A stretch of DNA of 64,000 nucleotides from an uncultured Myxococcales bacterium (GCA_937910285.1 CALEOC010000153.1:15481-79480), one strand, 5' to 3'; positions 39,413 to 49,614 are shown, counted from the first letter of the stretch. Numbers and translations are program-made. The notes: generated by a model from the letters alone, not told the origin.

Positions 39413-40582
39413 TTGGCAGCCGAGCGCGACCTCTACGAGATCCTGGGCGTCTCCCGGACGGCCTCCGCCGACGAGATCAAGAAGGCCTTTCGCAAGCTGG
39501 CGCGGAAGTACCACCCGGACGTCAACCCGGGGAACAAGCAGGCCGAGGACCGCTTCAAGGAGATCAACGCGGCCTTCGAGGTTCTCTCCGACCCCGAGAA
39601 GCGCAAGCTCTACGACGAGCTGGGCGCCGACGCCCTGCGCATCGGGTTTGATCCCGAGAAGGCGCGGGCCTATCGCCAATGGCGTTCGGCCCAGCAGTCC
39701 GGAGCCCCGCAAGGCGGCTTCCCGGGCTTCGAGTACGGAGAGGAGTTTGACCTCGGTGACATCTTCGAGAGCCTCTTCGGCGGAGTGGGCCGCGCCCGGC
39801 GCCGCGGTCGCGGCCCGGCCGGCGCCGAGGTCTCACAGCGGGCGGGCGAGGACCTGACGCTGGAGATCGAGATCGGCCTGCGCGAAGCGGTCAAGGGCGG
39901 CGAGCGCACCATCGGCTTCCGGCGCCCCGGGCGCTGTGAGAGGTGCGCGGGCACCGGAGTGCTCCCCGGCGGCGGGCGCGGGCGCACCTGCCCGACCTGC
40001 GAGGGCTCGGGTCAGGCGCGCACCTCCCGCGGCCCCTTCAGCTTCTCGGGCACCTGCCCCACCTGCAACGGCAGCGGCAAGGTCCCCAACGCCTGTCCGA
40101 AGTGCGGCGGCGCGGGCACCGTCCTCGAGGAGGCGCGGATCACCGTCAAGGTCCCCGCGGGCGTCGCCGACGGCTCGAAGATCCGGCTTGCGGGCCAGGG
40201 GGCGGCCGGCGTGCGAGGCGGCCCCCCGGGCGACCTCTTCCTCGTGCCCCGCATCGCGACGCACCCGCACGTGCGGCGCGAGGGCCACGACCTCTACATG
40301 TCGCTCCCGGTGACGGTGCGCGAGGCGCTCGAGGGGGGGGAGGTGCGCTGCCCGACTTTCGACGGCGACGTGACCTTGAAGATCCCCGCGGGCTCGCAGA
40401 GCGGGCGCAAGCTGCGGCTGCGCGGCCTGGGAATCCCGTCACTCAAGGGCGGCCCGCGGGGCGATCTCTACGTCGAGCTGCTCATCGTCCTTCCCACGCA
40501 GCTCGACGAGGCCGCGAGGAAGGCGGTCGCCGAGCTCGAGCGCGCCTATCCTGACGACGTGCGCGCGGGCGTCAGGCTCTGA
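39413..40582 (+). CDS. dnaJ: DnaJ-class chaperone
   Basis: J domain with HPD, G/F region, four CxxCxGxG repeats and C-terminal domain; no dnaK or grpE nearby, so possibly a paralogue. Confidence 0.88.
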   Translation: MAAERDLYEILGVSRTASADEIKKAFRKLARKYHPDVNPGNKQAEDRFKEINAAFEVLSDPEKRKLYDELGADALRIGFDPEKARAYRQWRSAQQSGAPQGGFPGFEYGEEFDLGDIFESLFGGVGRARRRGRGPAGAEVSQRAGEDLTLEIEIGLREAVKGGERTIGFRRPGRCERCAGTGVLPGGGRGRTCPTCEGSGQARTSRGPFSFSGTCPTCNGSGKVPNACPKCGGAGTVLEEARITVKVPAGVADGSKIRLAGQGAAGVRGGPPGDLFLVPRIATHPHVRREGHDLYMSLPVTVREALEGGEVRCPTFDGDVTLKIPAGSQSGRKLRLRGLGIPSLKGGPRGDLYVELLIVLPTQLDEAARKAVAELERAYPDDVRAGVRL

Positions 40583-40664
40583 GCCAGCGGCCGGCCTTTC
40601 CGGTTTTCCCCGAAACGCGCGACCCGCTTGCGCCGCCGGCGGGGAGAGCATTGTTTCTTGAGCC

Positions 40665-41006
40665 ATGGCCCACCCTCCCGGCGACTCTGACCCGAAGGAC
40701 CTCGCGCCCCCCCTGCCGTCCGAGGTCCGCGCACCGCGCGCCGAGCCGCCCGTGGTCGCCCGGCTGGTCGTCGAGATCCGCTCGGACGGCTCGACGACCA
40801 TCGCGCGGGGAGCCGTCGAGGACCTCAGCGCGGAGGTGAAGGTCTGCATGGAGGCCAAGGGCACGACGCCCGCCGCGCTCGCTGCCTCCCTCGTCCGTTC
40901 GCTGCTCACGCTGCCGGGTTGGAGCGGCCTCAACGGGCTGGCTCCCCGGTTCGCCAGGCGAGCGACCAGAGCGCTGCTGCCCGGCAGGCGCGGCAAACCG
41001 CGCTAA
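40665..41006 (+). CDS. Hypothetical protein
   Basis: 113 aa with a plausible globular core (VARLVVEIRSDGSTTIARG). Confidence 0.6.
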   Translation: MAHPPGDSDPKDLAPPLPSEVRAPRAEPPVVARLVVEIRSDGSTTIARGAVEDLSAEVKVCMEAKGTTPAALAASLVRSLLTLPGWSGLNGLAPRFARRATRALLPGRRGKPR

Positions 41007-41190
41007 TCGAGCTGTCGAAGAAGCCTTCGAGCGACAAACCCGTTCGGCTCGAGCGTAGGCCGAGCCTGCGAGGCCGAAGTCAAACGGGCCCGCCTCCGCC
41101 TTTCTCGTTCCTCGGGAGGCTACCGGGTGAGCAGCGGCGGAGATTTCGCGACCACTCTCGACCGGACCTACCGGTGCTCGCCTCGGCCGG

Positions 41191-41802
41191 TCAGAGCGCC
41201 GGCGGTGCCTCGGCCTGACGCCCCGAGCGAGCCGCGGGCGCCGGGCCTCGCGCCTCTTTCAGCGATGCCGAGCCCGGGCCGGGCAGGACGCTCGAATCGC
41301 CTTGGGCCGGGGCCGGGTGCCTTCGCCGGTAGGCGAGGACACCGCGAAAGACGGCCAGGTAGCCCAGCGCGCCGAGCAACAGCCCGACGATCACGCTGCC
41401 GAGCCAAAGGGGCGCAAGAAAGCCCTCGAGCACGTCACCTAAACCGGCCAGCCGCTCGGAAACCGAACCGCTGAGCGCGAACATCTTGCCCAGGGCCGCG
41501 ACCAGGCGCGTGATGTCGGCCGGCTCGCCGAGCAACCAGCAGCCGAGCAGGTAGTTGGGGATGTACAGCCACAGGGTCGCCGGGTTGGTCAGCCAGGCGA
41601 ACGGCACGCCCACCACTTTGTTGGCCCGCAGCAGGGTCGCGAAGAACAGCGTCAGGCCCATCTGGAAGCCGATGGTCGGCGTCCAGGCGATGAACAGCGC
41701 GATGGCCACCCCGAGGGCGATGCGGTGCGGGGTGTCGTGCACGCCGAGCACCCCGTCGACGATGACGTGACGGACTCGCTTGGCAAGACCCTGGGCTGTC
41801 AT
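41191..41802 (-). CDS. DUF2062 membrane protein
   Basis: DTPHRIALGVAIALFIAWTP.IGFQ, RANK and WLTNP motifs. Confidence 0.88.
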   Translation of the reverse strand: MTAQGLAKRVRHVIVDGVLGVHDTPHRIALGVAIALFIAWTPTIGFQMGLTLFFATLLRANKVVGVPFAWLTNPATLWLYIPNYLLGCWLLGEPADITRLVAALGKMFALSGSVSERLAGLGDVLEGFLAPLWLGSVIVGLLLGALGYLAVFRGVLAYRRRHPAPAQGDSSVLPGPGSASLKEARGPAPAARSGRQAEAPPAL

Positions 41803-42031
41803 CCAAGAACCTCCGGACCTTCCGAGTTGCCGCGGGCCCGCGTCGGTGTTCTCCGCACCCGCTTGCATCCGCGGGGCCCCTCAGGCCAGCCGGGCAAAAG
41901 GAGCCGGGCACTGTACACGAAGCGCCTGTACACCCGTAGCCAGAACCATGCGCTCCTGTCGGACGACACGGTTGACAAGCCCTCGCCTTGGTGGGCGCCA
42001 ACCGTGCGAGCGCGTGGCTAGCTCGAAGTGC

Positions 42032-42802
42032 ATGGGAGCACTGCCCAAGGCCGCACGCGGCCTGGCCGCCAAGACCCCCCGCCGTCGAATTCTCGCCAGG
42101 TGCGTCGGAGCCCTGACGTTCACCCTTGCCTGCTACGCGGTGATGACCGCGCTGGTGCTCTGGGCCGAGCTGCGCCAGGCGCCGACCCTGCCGGACCTGA
42201 TGGTCTCGGCGCTTCCCTATGTGCCGTGGATCGACCGGGTGAACTACCTCGCCTGGCTGGTGGCCGTGGTGCCCATCCTCGCCGCCTTCTTCGCGCTCGA
42301 GCCCGAGCGCTGGGCGCGCTGCGTGGTCGCCTTGGGCCTGCTGTGCCTGGCGCGCGGGGTGTGCATCGCGCTCACCGGGTTTGGCCCGCCCAACCCGCTC
42401 AACGCCGGCCCCGGGCTCGAGGGAACCGACTTCCTGTCGGCCTACCTGAGCCTGCTGTCGCCCGCGGGGCTGTTCTTCGGGAACGCGCCCCACGTCTACC
42501 TCTCGAAGGACATGTTCTTTTCGGGCCACACCTCCACCTCGTTCCTCGTGCTGCTCTACGTCTGGCACCGGCCGCCTCTGCGCTGGGCGGCGCTTGGGGC
42601 CCACCTGGCGATGGTCGCCGCGGTCGCGCTCGCCCACCGCCACTACGCCATCGACATCGTCGCCGCCTACGCCTTTGCCTTCGCCCTCTTCGCGATGCGC
42701 GAATGGCAGCCCCGAGCCCCCGGCCCGCGGGCGGCCGTCGCAAGGCGCGCGGGCCCCATCGGCCCAATCCCCGAGCCTTCGAGCGGGCGCTCGGGGGCCT
42801 GA
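42032..42802 (+). CDS. Sphingomyelin-synthase-like (PAP2_C) membrane phosphotransferase
   Basis: About 6 TM helices; PTLPD (D1-like), R-x6-T (D2-like), DMFFSGHT (D3) and HYAID (D4). Start codon uncertain. Confidence 0.8.
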   Translation: MGALPKAARGLAAKTPRRRILARCVGALTFTLACYAVMTALVLWAELRQAPTLPDLMVSALPYVPWIDRVNYLAWLVAVVPILAAFFALEPERWARCVVALGLLCLARGVCIALTGFGPPNPLNAGPGLEGTDFLSAYLSLLSPAGLFFGNAPHVYLSKDMFFSGHTSTSFLVLLYVWHRPPLRWAALGAHLAMVAAVALAHRHYAIDIVAAYAFAFALFAMREWQPRAPGPRAAVARRAGPIGPIPEPSSGRSGA

Positions 42803-42997
42803 AGCTCGCTCTCCCTCAAGCGTTGGGCTCGAGGTCTTCGTTGAGTTCTCAACTCGCGGGGCCTGCGCTATGGTGCGCGCCGCGTCGGCGAACACCTTCG
42901 TCCATGGCCGAAACCCGAACACTGGCATGGTGATTGCGGACGACACGAGCGCGCGCCTTGCTCGCGGGGTGCGCGCGACCAGGCGGAGACCGCAAGA

Positions 42998-44065
42998 ATG
43001 AACGCCCACCCCGACGAAGCGAACCCGACCGCGCCAGCCCCCAGCAAGTACGCCTACACCTGCATCGACCACTCGATCCTCTATCCGCACCTGAAGCGCT
43101 GGTTGTGGGCCCCCGCGGTCCCGGCGCTGTTGCCGATGAGCCTGTCGCCCAACACGATGACCATCGTCGGCAACCTGCTCGCGTGGATCGCCTTCTTCAT
43201 CCTGCTGTCGATGGGCTCGCAGCACCGGCTGCTGTTCCTGGTGCCCGCGGTCCTCAATTTCATCTACCTGTCGCTCGACAACATGGACGGCATCCAGGCG
43301 CGGCGCACCGGGCGCTCCTCGCCGCTCGGCGAGTACCTCGACCACTGGGCCGACTCGTTCGTCGCCACGATGATGGTCTTCGGCTACGGCATCGCGACCG
43401 GCCTCGAGCCGTGGATCATGCTCTCGGGCATGGCGATGGTGGGCACCGCCTACTTCGCCACCTTTTGGGAGCAGCGCCACGCGCGCCGGCTGGTCTTCGG
43501 CCTGTGCGGCAGCATCGAAGCCATCCTGGCGATCAGCGCCTTCTACTGCATCTTCGCGGTCGGCGGCCTCGAGCCCCTCGCGAGGACCCCGCGCATCTTC
43601 GGCTACTCGCTCGCCAGCGCCATCTTCTCGCTGGTCGCCTTCTTCTCGGCCACCGCGTTTGTCGGCTCGATGATCCGGGTCGGCAAGGGTTGGGGCGACT
43701 TCGTCCCGCATGTGCTCGTCTTCGGCGCTGCCGGCCTCTGGTACGCCTACGGCGAGGTCCCCCTGATAGCGGTCGGGTTCATCTTCATGCTGGCGAGCTC
43801 CCACCTGGGCGGCCGGATGGTGATGGCCAAGGTGCTCGACGAGGAGCCGCGCATCGGCGACACCGTCCTCTACCTGCTGCTGGGCGCGGCGATGGCCGCC
43901 TCCTGGGCTCTGAAGCTGGGGCCGACCGGGCAGGCCATCGCCGCGGTCCCGGTCATCGCCTATCTGCTCGCGCGCCTGGCCGGTGACTTCCACCGCACCG
44001 TCGGCTCGCTTCGCGAGCACCTCAACCCGAGCGAGCTGCTCTCCCAACTCGTCCACAGGAGCTGA
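42998..44065 (+). CDS. CDP-alcohol phosphotransferase, choline/ethanolamine phosphotransferase (CEPT/EPT)-like
   Basis: DNMDGIQARRTGRSSPLGEYLDHWAD signature; KYAY..IDHS, PNTMT and FWEQ resemble eukaryotic CPT1/EPT1. Confidence 0.88.
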   Translation: MNAHPDEANPTAPAPSKYAYTCIDHSILYPHLKRWLWAPAVPALLPMSLSPNTMTIVGNLLAWIAFFILLSMGSQHRLLFLVPAVLNFIYLSLDNMDGIQARRTGRSSPLGEYLDHWADSFVATMMVFGYGIATGLEPWIMLSGMAMVGTAYFATFWEQRHARRLVFGLCGSIEAILAISAFYCIFAVGGLEPLARTPRIFGYSLASAIFSLVAFFSATAFVGSMIRVGKGWGDFVPHVLVFGAAGLWYAYGEVPLIAVGFIFMLASSHLGGRMVMAKVLDEEPRIGDTVLYLLLGAAMAASWALKLGPTGQAIAAVPVIAYLLARLAGDFHRTVGSLREHLNPSELLSQLVHRS

Positions 44066-44152
44066 ACGGCCTGTGCGGCCAAGGTGCCATGAACCACCCG
44101 GCGCGCTTCGGGCCGGGGGTCTTCGCTCGGCCTTTTCTTAAGGAGCATTTCG

Positions 44153-45781
44153 GTGAAAAAGACGACCCGACTCAAGAGCCTGATTCAAAGCCCCGAGCTC
44201 TCGTTCCTGATGGAGGCGCACAACGGACTGAGCGCCAAGATCGTCGAAGAGGCCGGCTTCGAGGGGATCTGGGCGAGCGGCCTGTCGATCTCGGCCGCGC
44301 TCGGGGTACGCGACAACAACGAGGCGAGTTGGACGCAGGTGCTGGAGGTCGCCGAGTTCATGAGCGACGCGACGAGCATCCCCATCCTGCTCGACGGCGA
44401 CACCGGGTACGGCAATTTCAACACGATGCGCCGCGTGGTCCGCAAGCTCGAGCAGCGCGGGGTCGCCGGGGTGTGCATCGAGGACAAGATCTTCCCCAAG
44501 ACCAACTCCTTCATCCGCGGCACCGCGCAGCCGCTGGTCGCCATCGAGGAGTTCTGCGGCAAGATCAAGGCGGGCAAGGACGCGCAGAGCGACGACGACT
44601 TCGTCATCGTCGCCCGGGTCGAGGCCTTCATCGCCGGCTGGGGCCTGGAGGAGGCGCTCAAGCGCGCCGAGGCCTATCGGCTGGCCGGCGCCGACGCCAT
44701 CCTCATGCACAGCGCGCTGCGCTCGCCCTCGGAGATCCTCGCCTTCAAGCGCGAGTGGGGCGACCGGCTGCCGGTGGTCATCGTGCCGACCAAGTACTAC
44801 ACCACCCCGACCGAGGTCTTTCGCGAGCACCGCTTCTCGGTGGTCATCTGGGCAAACCAGGTGATGCGCTCGGCGCTCACCGCGATGCGCCAGACCGCCC
44901 AGCAGATAGCCAAGGACCAGCATCTGCTCAACGTCGAGGACCGCGTCGTCAGCGTCGCCGAAGTCTTCCGGGTCCAGGGCGAGGACGAGCTCGAGCAGGC
45001 CGAGAAGCTCTACCTGCCCAAGGCGGCCAACCAGGCCAAGGCGCTCGTCCTCGCCGCCTCGCACGGCAAGGAGCTCGGGTCCCTGACGCAAGACCGGCCC
45101 AAGTGCATGATCGAGATCGCCGGCCGGCCCATCCTCGCGCACATCGCCGACACCTTCCGCGCCGCGGGGATCAAGGACATCAGCGCGGTGCGCGGCAGCC
45201 GCAAGGAGCAGGTCAACCTGACCGGCATCCGCTACTTCGACAACGACGAGTTCGCCACGACCCAGGAGGCCTGGTCGCTCTACCAGGCGCTACCCGTGCT
45301 CGAGGGTGATTGCGTCATCGCCTACGGCGACGTGCTCTTCAAGAAGCACCTGCCCCAGCAGCTTCTCGACGTCGAGGCCGACTTCGTCGTCCCGGTCGAC
45401 TCCAACTGGCAGGAGAGCCGCAACCGCGGGCGGTTCGCCGACTACGTGCGCTGCTCGGAGCCCTGCTCGCGCGGCTCGTTCTACAACCGCGTGACGCTGC
45501 AGGACGTCACCTGCGACGCCGCTGCAGAAGGGATCCACGGCGAGTGGATGGGCTTTTTGCGGGTGACCCCCCGCGGCGCGCAAATCCTCGTCGAGCTCCT
45601 CAAGAAGCTCGGCGCCGACCCCGAGGGCCTCAAGGTCCTGAAGATGCCCGACCTGCTCAAGTTCCTGATGCGCGACGGGCACGAGATCCGAGTCGTCTAC
45701 ACCACCAACTGGCTTGACATCGACTCGGTGGACGACGCGCTGTTCGCGAGCCGCTTCGAGAGCCACGGGAGCGCGGCCTGA
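44153..45781 (+). CDS. aepX: Phosphoenolpyruvate mutase fused to a C-terminal NTP-transferase domain
   Basis: [10 protein letters not shown] PepM motif, [13 protein letters not shown]; C-terminal LAA..G..L..LT.DRPKCM and YGD. Confidence 0.96.
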   Translation: MKKTTRLKSLIQSPELSFLMEAHNGLSAKIVEEAGFEGIWASGLSISAALGVRDNNEASWTQVLEVAEFMSDATSIPILLDGDTGYGNFNTMRRVVRKLEQRGVAGVCIEDKIFPKTNSFIRGTAQPLVAIEEFCGKIKAGKDAQSDDDFVIVARVEAFIAGWGLEEALKRAEAYRLAGADAILMHSALRSPSEILAFKREWGDRLPVVIVPTKYYTTPTEVFREHRFSVVIWANQVMRSALTAMRQTAQQIAKDQHLLNVEDRVVSVAEVFRVQGEDELEQAEKLYLPKAANQAKALVLAASHGKELGSLTQDRPKCMIEIAGRPILAHIADTFRAAGIKDISAVRGSRKEQVNLTGIRYFDNDEFATTQEAWSLYQALPVLEGDCVIAYGDVLFKKHLPQQLLDVEADFVVPVDSNWQESRNRGRFADYVRCSEPCSRGSFYNRVTLQDVTCDAAAEGIHGEWMGFLRVTPRGAQILVELLKKLGADPEGLKVLKMPDLLKFLMRDGHEIRVVYTTNWLDIDSVDDALFASRFESHGSAA

Positions 45782-45785
45782 GCAA

Positions 45786-45872
45786 GTCGAGAGTCGACAG
45801 CCTGGGCTTCGCCCGGCGCCCAGAGGCTGGGCTGACGGACGAGGGTTGGTAGGGGCGCATGGCAATGCGCCC
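45786..45872 (+). repeat. Composite repeat ending in a GTAG-type REP palindrome
   Basis: GTCGAGAGTCGA...GGGCTTCGCCCGG...GGTTGGTAGGGGCGCATGGCAATGCGCCC. Confidence 0.8.
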
Positions 45873-45983
45873 GTCGAGGAATCGATGCGCATGCCCGGAG
45901 CGCCGGCCTTCGTGCTGGTGGCTCGGCGTCCCGGGGTGCCGGCTACAAGGGGGCCTCGGCTCCGCCTCTCTCGTTCCTCGAGA

Positions 45984-46050
45984 GGCTACGCTCGGGCCTC
46001 TCGACTTCGCTCGAGGTGACCGGAGGGGCGAGCCGAGGATTCCTGCGACA
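45984..46050. repeat. Fragment of the MITE-like family
   Basis: CGCTCGGGCCTCTCGACTTCGCTCGAGGTGACCGGAGGGGCG also occurs at about 59748-59789 and, nearly, at 33931-33973. Confidence 0.7.
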
Positions 46051-46170
46051 GACCTCGAGGCCTCACCGCCCCACGAGCTCCTGCGACGCCACAAGTGCAA
46101 AGGACGGCAACTTCGATACCCGCGGGCGGCAGCCACCAATCCCCGGGGTCGTCAGTCGGAGACAGAAGAC

Positions 46171-47319
46171 ATGATTCAAGCCGAAGACTTCCTCGAGCAG
46201 GCCAGGGCCCACGGCTATGGCCTCTACACCGGCGTGCCCTGCTCGTACCTCAAGCCCTTCATCAACGCGGTGCTCGACGCGCCGGACCTGCGCTACGTGT
46301 CGGCAGCCAACGAGGGCGACGCGGTGGCCATCGCCACCGGCTTCCAGCTCGGCGGCCGGCGCGCGGTGGCGATGTTCCAGAACTCGGGGCTCGGCAACGC
46401 GGTCAGCCCGCTCACCTCGCTCAACGCCGTCTTCGAGCTGCCGGTGCTGCTCATCGTCACCCTCCGCGGCGAGCCGGGGGGGCCGAAGGACGAGCCGCAG
46501 CATGGTCTGATGGGCCCTATCACCACGGCGATGCTCGAGCTGATGCGCATCCCCTGGGCCTGGTTCCCGACCGAGACCGCTGAGATCGGCCCCGCGCTCG
46601 ATCGCGCTGAGGCGGAGATGGCGAAGGGGCGCCCGTACGCGCTGGTGATGCGCAAGGACTCGGTCGCTCCCCACAAGCTCGAGTCGCGCCCGGAGCCTCG
46701 GCCGCTCGCGTCGGACGCGATCGCACCGGCGAGCCCGGCTGCCGAGCGGCCTTCCCGTCGCGAGGTGCTCGCCGCGGTCCAGGCCGCGGTCCGTCCGAGC
46801 GACGTGGTCCTCGCGACCACCGGCTTCACCGGCCGGGCGCTCTACGCGCTCTCCGATCTTCCGAATCAGCTCTACATGGTCGGCTCGATGGGCTGCGCCT
46901 CGAGCCTTGGGCTCGGGCTCGCGCTCGCGCGGCCCGACAAGCGCGTGATCGTGCTCGACGGCGACGGCGCCCTACTGATGCGCATGGGCGCGCTGACCAC
47001 GCTCGGCTACGAGCGGCCGGCAAATCTGCTGCACCTCGTGCTGGACAACGAGGTCCACGACTCGACCGGTGGCCAGGGTACGGTCTCGCACTCGGTCGAC
47101 TTCGCCGCCATCGCGCAGGCGAGCGGCTACCCGATGGTGCGGCGCGCGGCGACGGCTGAAGAGGTCGGCGCGGCGATGCGCGCCTGGGACTCGGGGCTCG
47201 GGTTCCTGCACGTGAAGACCAAGCCCGGCGAGGCAAAGGATCTGCCCCGCCCGACGGTGACGCCGCCACAGGTCGCGCGCCGGCTGGTCGAATGGCTCGG
47301 GCCAATTCCTACGAAATGA
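46171..47319 (+). CDS. aepY: Phosphonopyruvate decarboxylase
   Basis: TGVPCSYLK, NEGDAV, QNSGLGN, DEPQH, YMVGSMG and DGDGA ThDP motif. Confidence 0.96.
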   Translation: MIQAEDFLEQARAHGYGLYTGVPCSYLKPFINAVLDAPDLRYVSAANEGDAVAIATGFQLGGRRAVAMFQNSGLGNAVSPLTSLNAVFELPVLLIVTLRGEPGGPKDEPQHGLMGPITTAMLELMRIPWAWFPTETAEIGPALDRAEAEMAKGRPYALVMRKDSVAPHKLESRPEPRPLASDAIAPASPAAERPSRREVLAAVQAAVRPSDVVLATTGFTGRALYALSDLPNQLYMVGSMGCASSLGLGLALARPDKRVIVLDGDGALLMRMGALTTLGYERPANLLHLVLDNEVHDSTGGQGTVSHSVDFAAIAQASGYPMVRRAATAEEVGAAMRAWDSGLGFLHVKTKPGEAKDLPRPTVTPPQVARRLVEWLGPIPTK

Positions 47320-47384
47320 AAGCGGGCGAGGCCGGAGGGCTTCGCCACGACGTGACCGGCGCGCCCGCGCCGGCAGGAGAATCG

Positions 47385-48497
47385 ATGAGTCCCACGAACA
47401 AGAGCTCCCGCAAGCTGCTGCTCAACCCCGGCCCCGTGACGCTCACCGAGCGCGTCCGCGGCGCGCTCGCGCGCGAGGACCTCTGCCACCGTGAGCCGGA
47501 GTTCGTCGAGCTGCAGCGCGACGTGCAGGCGCGCCTCGCGCGGGTCTATCCGGAGGCCGAGAAGGACTACGAGGCGGTGATGATCACCGGCTCGGGCACC
47601 GCGGCGGTCGAGGCGATGGTCGGCTCGCTGGTGCCCGCCGACGGCAAGGCGCTCGTCGTCGTCAACGGCGTCTATGGCGAGCGGATCGCCTCCATCCTCG
47701 CGGCCCAGAAGAAGCCCTACGTCACCGTCACCGGCGACTGGACCCGACCCTTCGATCTGAAGGAGGTCGAGAAGAAGCTCATCGCCGACCCGGCCATCAC
47801 CCACGTCGCGGCGATCCACCACGAGACGACGACGGGGCGGCTCAACCGCGTCGATCAGCTCGGTGCCCTGTGCCGCGAGCGCAACGTCTCGCTGCTGCTC
47901 GACACGGTGAGCAGCTTCGGCGGCGAGGAGATCCGCTTCGACGAGTGGAACCTCGAGGCCTGCGCGGCGACCGCGAACAAGTGCCTGCACGGCGTGCCGG
48001 GCATGGCCTTCGTGCTCGCCCGCAAGCGCGCCTTCACCGAGCGCAAGAGCGGCGCGACCAGCGTCTACCTCGACCTCTACAAGCACCAGCAGCACGCGGC
48101 CTCGGGCTACCCGCCGTTCACGCCGGCGGTCCACTCGCTCTTCGCGCTGCAGGAGGCGCTGGGCGAGCTCGAAGAGGCCGGTGGCTGGCGAGCCCGCCAC
48201 GAGCGCTATGCCGCGCTGTCGCGACAGGTGATGGTCGGCCTGCGTGAGCTGGGCATCGAGCTGTTCCTCGAGTCGCCGGAGGTCTACTCGGTCATCCTCG
48301 CCTCGTACAAGATGCCCTCGGGCCTCAGCTACGAGCTGCTGCACGACACGCTCAAGGACGCGGGCTTCATCATCTACGCGGGCCAGGGCTCGTTCGCCGG
48401 CACCATCTTCCGCATCTCGACGATGGGAGCGCTCACCGCGGCGGATATGGACCGGCTGCTCGCCGAGGTGCGCAAGGTCCTGGAGACAGCGCGCTGA
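47385..48497 (+). CDS. aepZ: 2-aminoethylphosphonate aminotransferase (AepZ/PhnW family, class V PLP enzyme)
   Basis: LLNPGPV, GSGTAAVE, NGVYGER, HHETTTG, ANKCLHGVPG, FIIYAGQG; biosynthetic gene context. Confidence 0.92.
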   Translation: MSPTNKSSRKLLLNPGPVTLTERVRGALAREDLCHREPEFVELQRDVQARLARVYPEAEKDYEAVMITGSGTAAVEAMVGSLVPADGKALVVVNGVYGERIASILAAQKKPYVTVTGDWTRPFDLKEVEKKLIADPAITHVAAIHHETTTGRLNRVDQLGALCRERNVSLLLDTVSSFGGEEIRFDEWNLEACAATANKCLHGVPGMAFVLARKRAFTERKSGATSVYLDLYKHQQHAASGYPPFTPAVHSLFALQEALGELEEAGGWRARHERYAALSRQVMVGLRELGIELFLESPEVYSVILASYKMPSGLSYELLHDTLKDAGFIIYAGQGSFAGTIFRISTMGALTAADMDRLLAEVRKVLETAR

Positions 48498-48690
48498 GCG
48501 GAGGATGAAGCTTCGGCTTCGTCATCCTGGAGATGGGCGAAGGCGTAGGCGGAGCTGGAGCTCCGCCGTCCATCCTGCGGCACGGCCGTCCACCACTTGG
48601 CTCCGCCGTCCACCACTTGAATCGAGGAAGAAGCTTCCGTTTCGCCCTCGAGCTACAAAGCTCCGCCCTCCGCACTGACTCGAGCACTCC

Positions 48691-49500
48691 ATGACCCGCA
48701 CCATCGATAAGGCCGTCATCCTCGCGGCCGGCCTTGGCAACCGCATCTCGGCCGTCTCGCGCGAAACCCCCAAGCCCCTGCTGCCGCTCGACGGCAAGCC
48801 CGGCTCGCCCTGCTTCCTCGACTGGCACCTGCGTTGCCTCGCGGAGGCCGGCGCCAAGGAGATCTTCCTCGTCGGCAACAAGGTGACCTTCGGTCGCCGG
48901 CTGCAGGCGATGGAGCAGGTCCACGCCGAGTGGATTTTCAACCCGACCGACGACCTCTCGACCTCCGGCAGCGGTCACTCGGCCTGGTACGCGTGGCACA
49001 GCGAGCGGCGCATCCTCGACGGCAAGTCGCGCGTCGTGCTCATGGATGCGGACATCGCCTACGACCCGAAGCTGCTGAAGCTGCTCGCCGAAGCGCCGGG
49101 CGAGCGCTCGAAGACGCTGGTCTGCGGCGACTTCCGCGAGACCAACGAGGAGGTGCTCGTCTTTGGCCGCGAGGGCAGGCCGCAGTGGCATGGCAAAGGC
49201 CTGAGCGGCACGCCAATGGTCGAAGGCCTCGACTGCCTCGGCGAGGCGACCGGCATCCTGCTCTTCGAGCCGGGCGACCACGCGGCGCTGCGGGGCGCCA
49301 ACGACTGGATTATCGGCTACGGCACCCACAAGACCCGCGCCGAGCACGAGGACGTGACGCAGCTCATGATGCGCATGGGGCGCATGGACGCGGTCACCTT
49401 CGGCTCCGAGCTGGCCTTCATGGAGTGCGACACGCCCGAGGAGTACGAGGTGCTGACGCGGGAGATGTATCCGCGGCTCTCCAAGTTGGTTTCGACATAG
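48691..49500 (+). CDS. LicC/PntC-like nucleotidyltransferase (probable phosphonate cytidylyltransferase)
   Basis: AVILAAGLGNRI...PKPL, MDADI, EATG and ECDTPEE motifs. Confidence 0.85.
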   Translation: MTRTIDKAVILAAGLGNRISAVSRETPKPLLPLDGKPGSPCFLDWHLRCLAEAGAKEIFLVGNKVTFGRRLQAMEQVHAEWIFNPTDDLSTSGSGHSAWYAWHSERRILDGKSRVVLMDADIAYDPKLLKLLAEAPGERSKTLVCGDFRETNEEVLVFGREGRPQWHGKGLSGTPMVEGLDCLGEATGILLFEPGDHAALRGANDWIIGYGTHKTRAEHEDVTQLMMRMGRMDAVTFGSELAFMECDTPEEYEVLTREMYPRLSKLVST

Positions 49501-49614
49501 GAGGCGCGGCCGGCGAGACGCCGGCCGTCCCTCGCGAACCTACGTGCGGGCGACACCAAGGCCGGCCGGCCGTTATCTCGGGCGAGTCGGCCCTCCCAAC
49601 TCAAGACTCATCCG

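Noticed and set aside
41435-44056. 873-aa minus-strand ORF
   Set aside because: Shadow of the two lipid transferase genes.
45859-46170. N-terminal extension of the aepY ORF in the track
   Set aside because: Repeat-derived sequence; homology and a GGAG RBS point to the ATG at 46171.
47385-48497. Catabolic phnW interpretation
   Set aside because: No phnX, phnA or transporter genes; context with pepM and ppd is biosynthetic.
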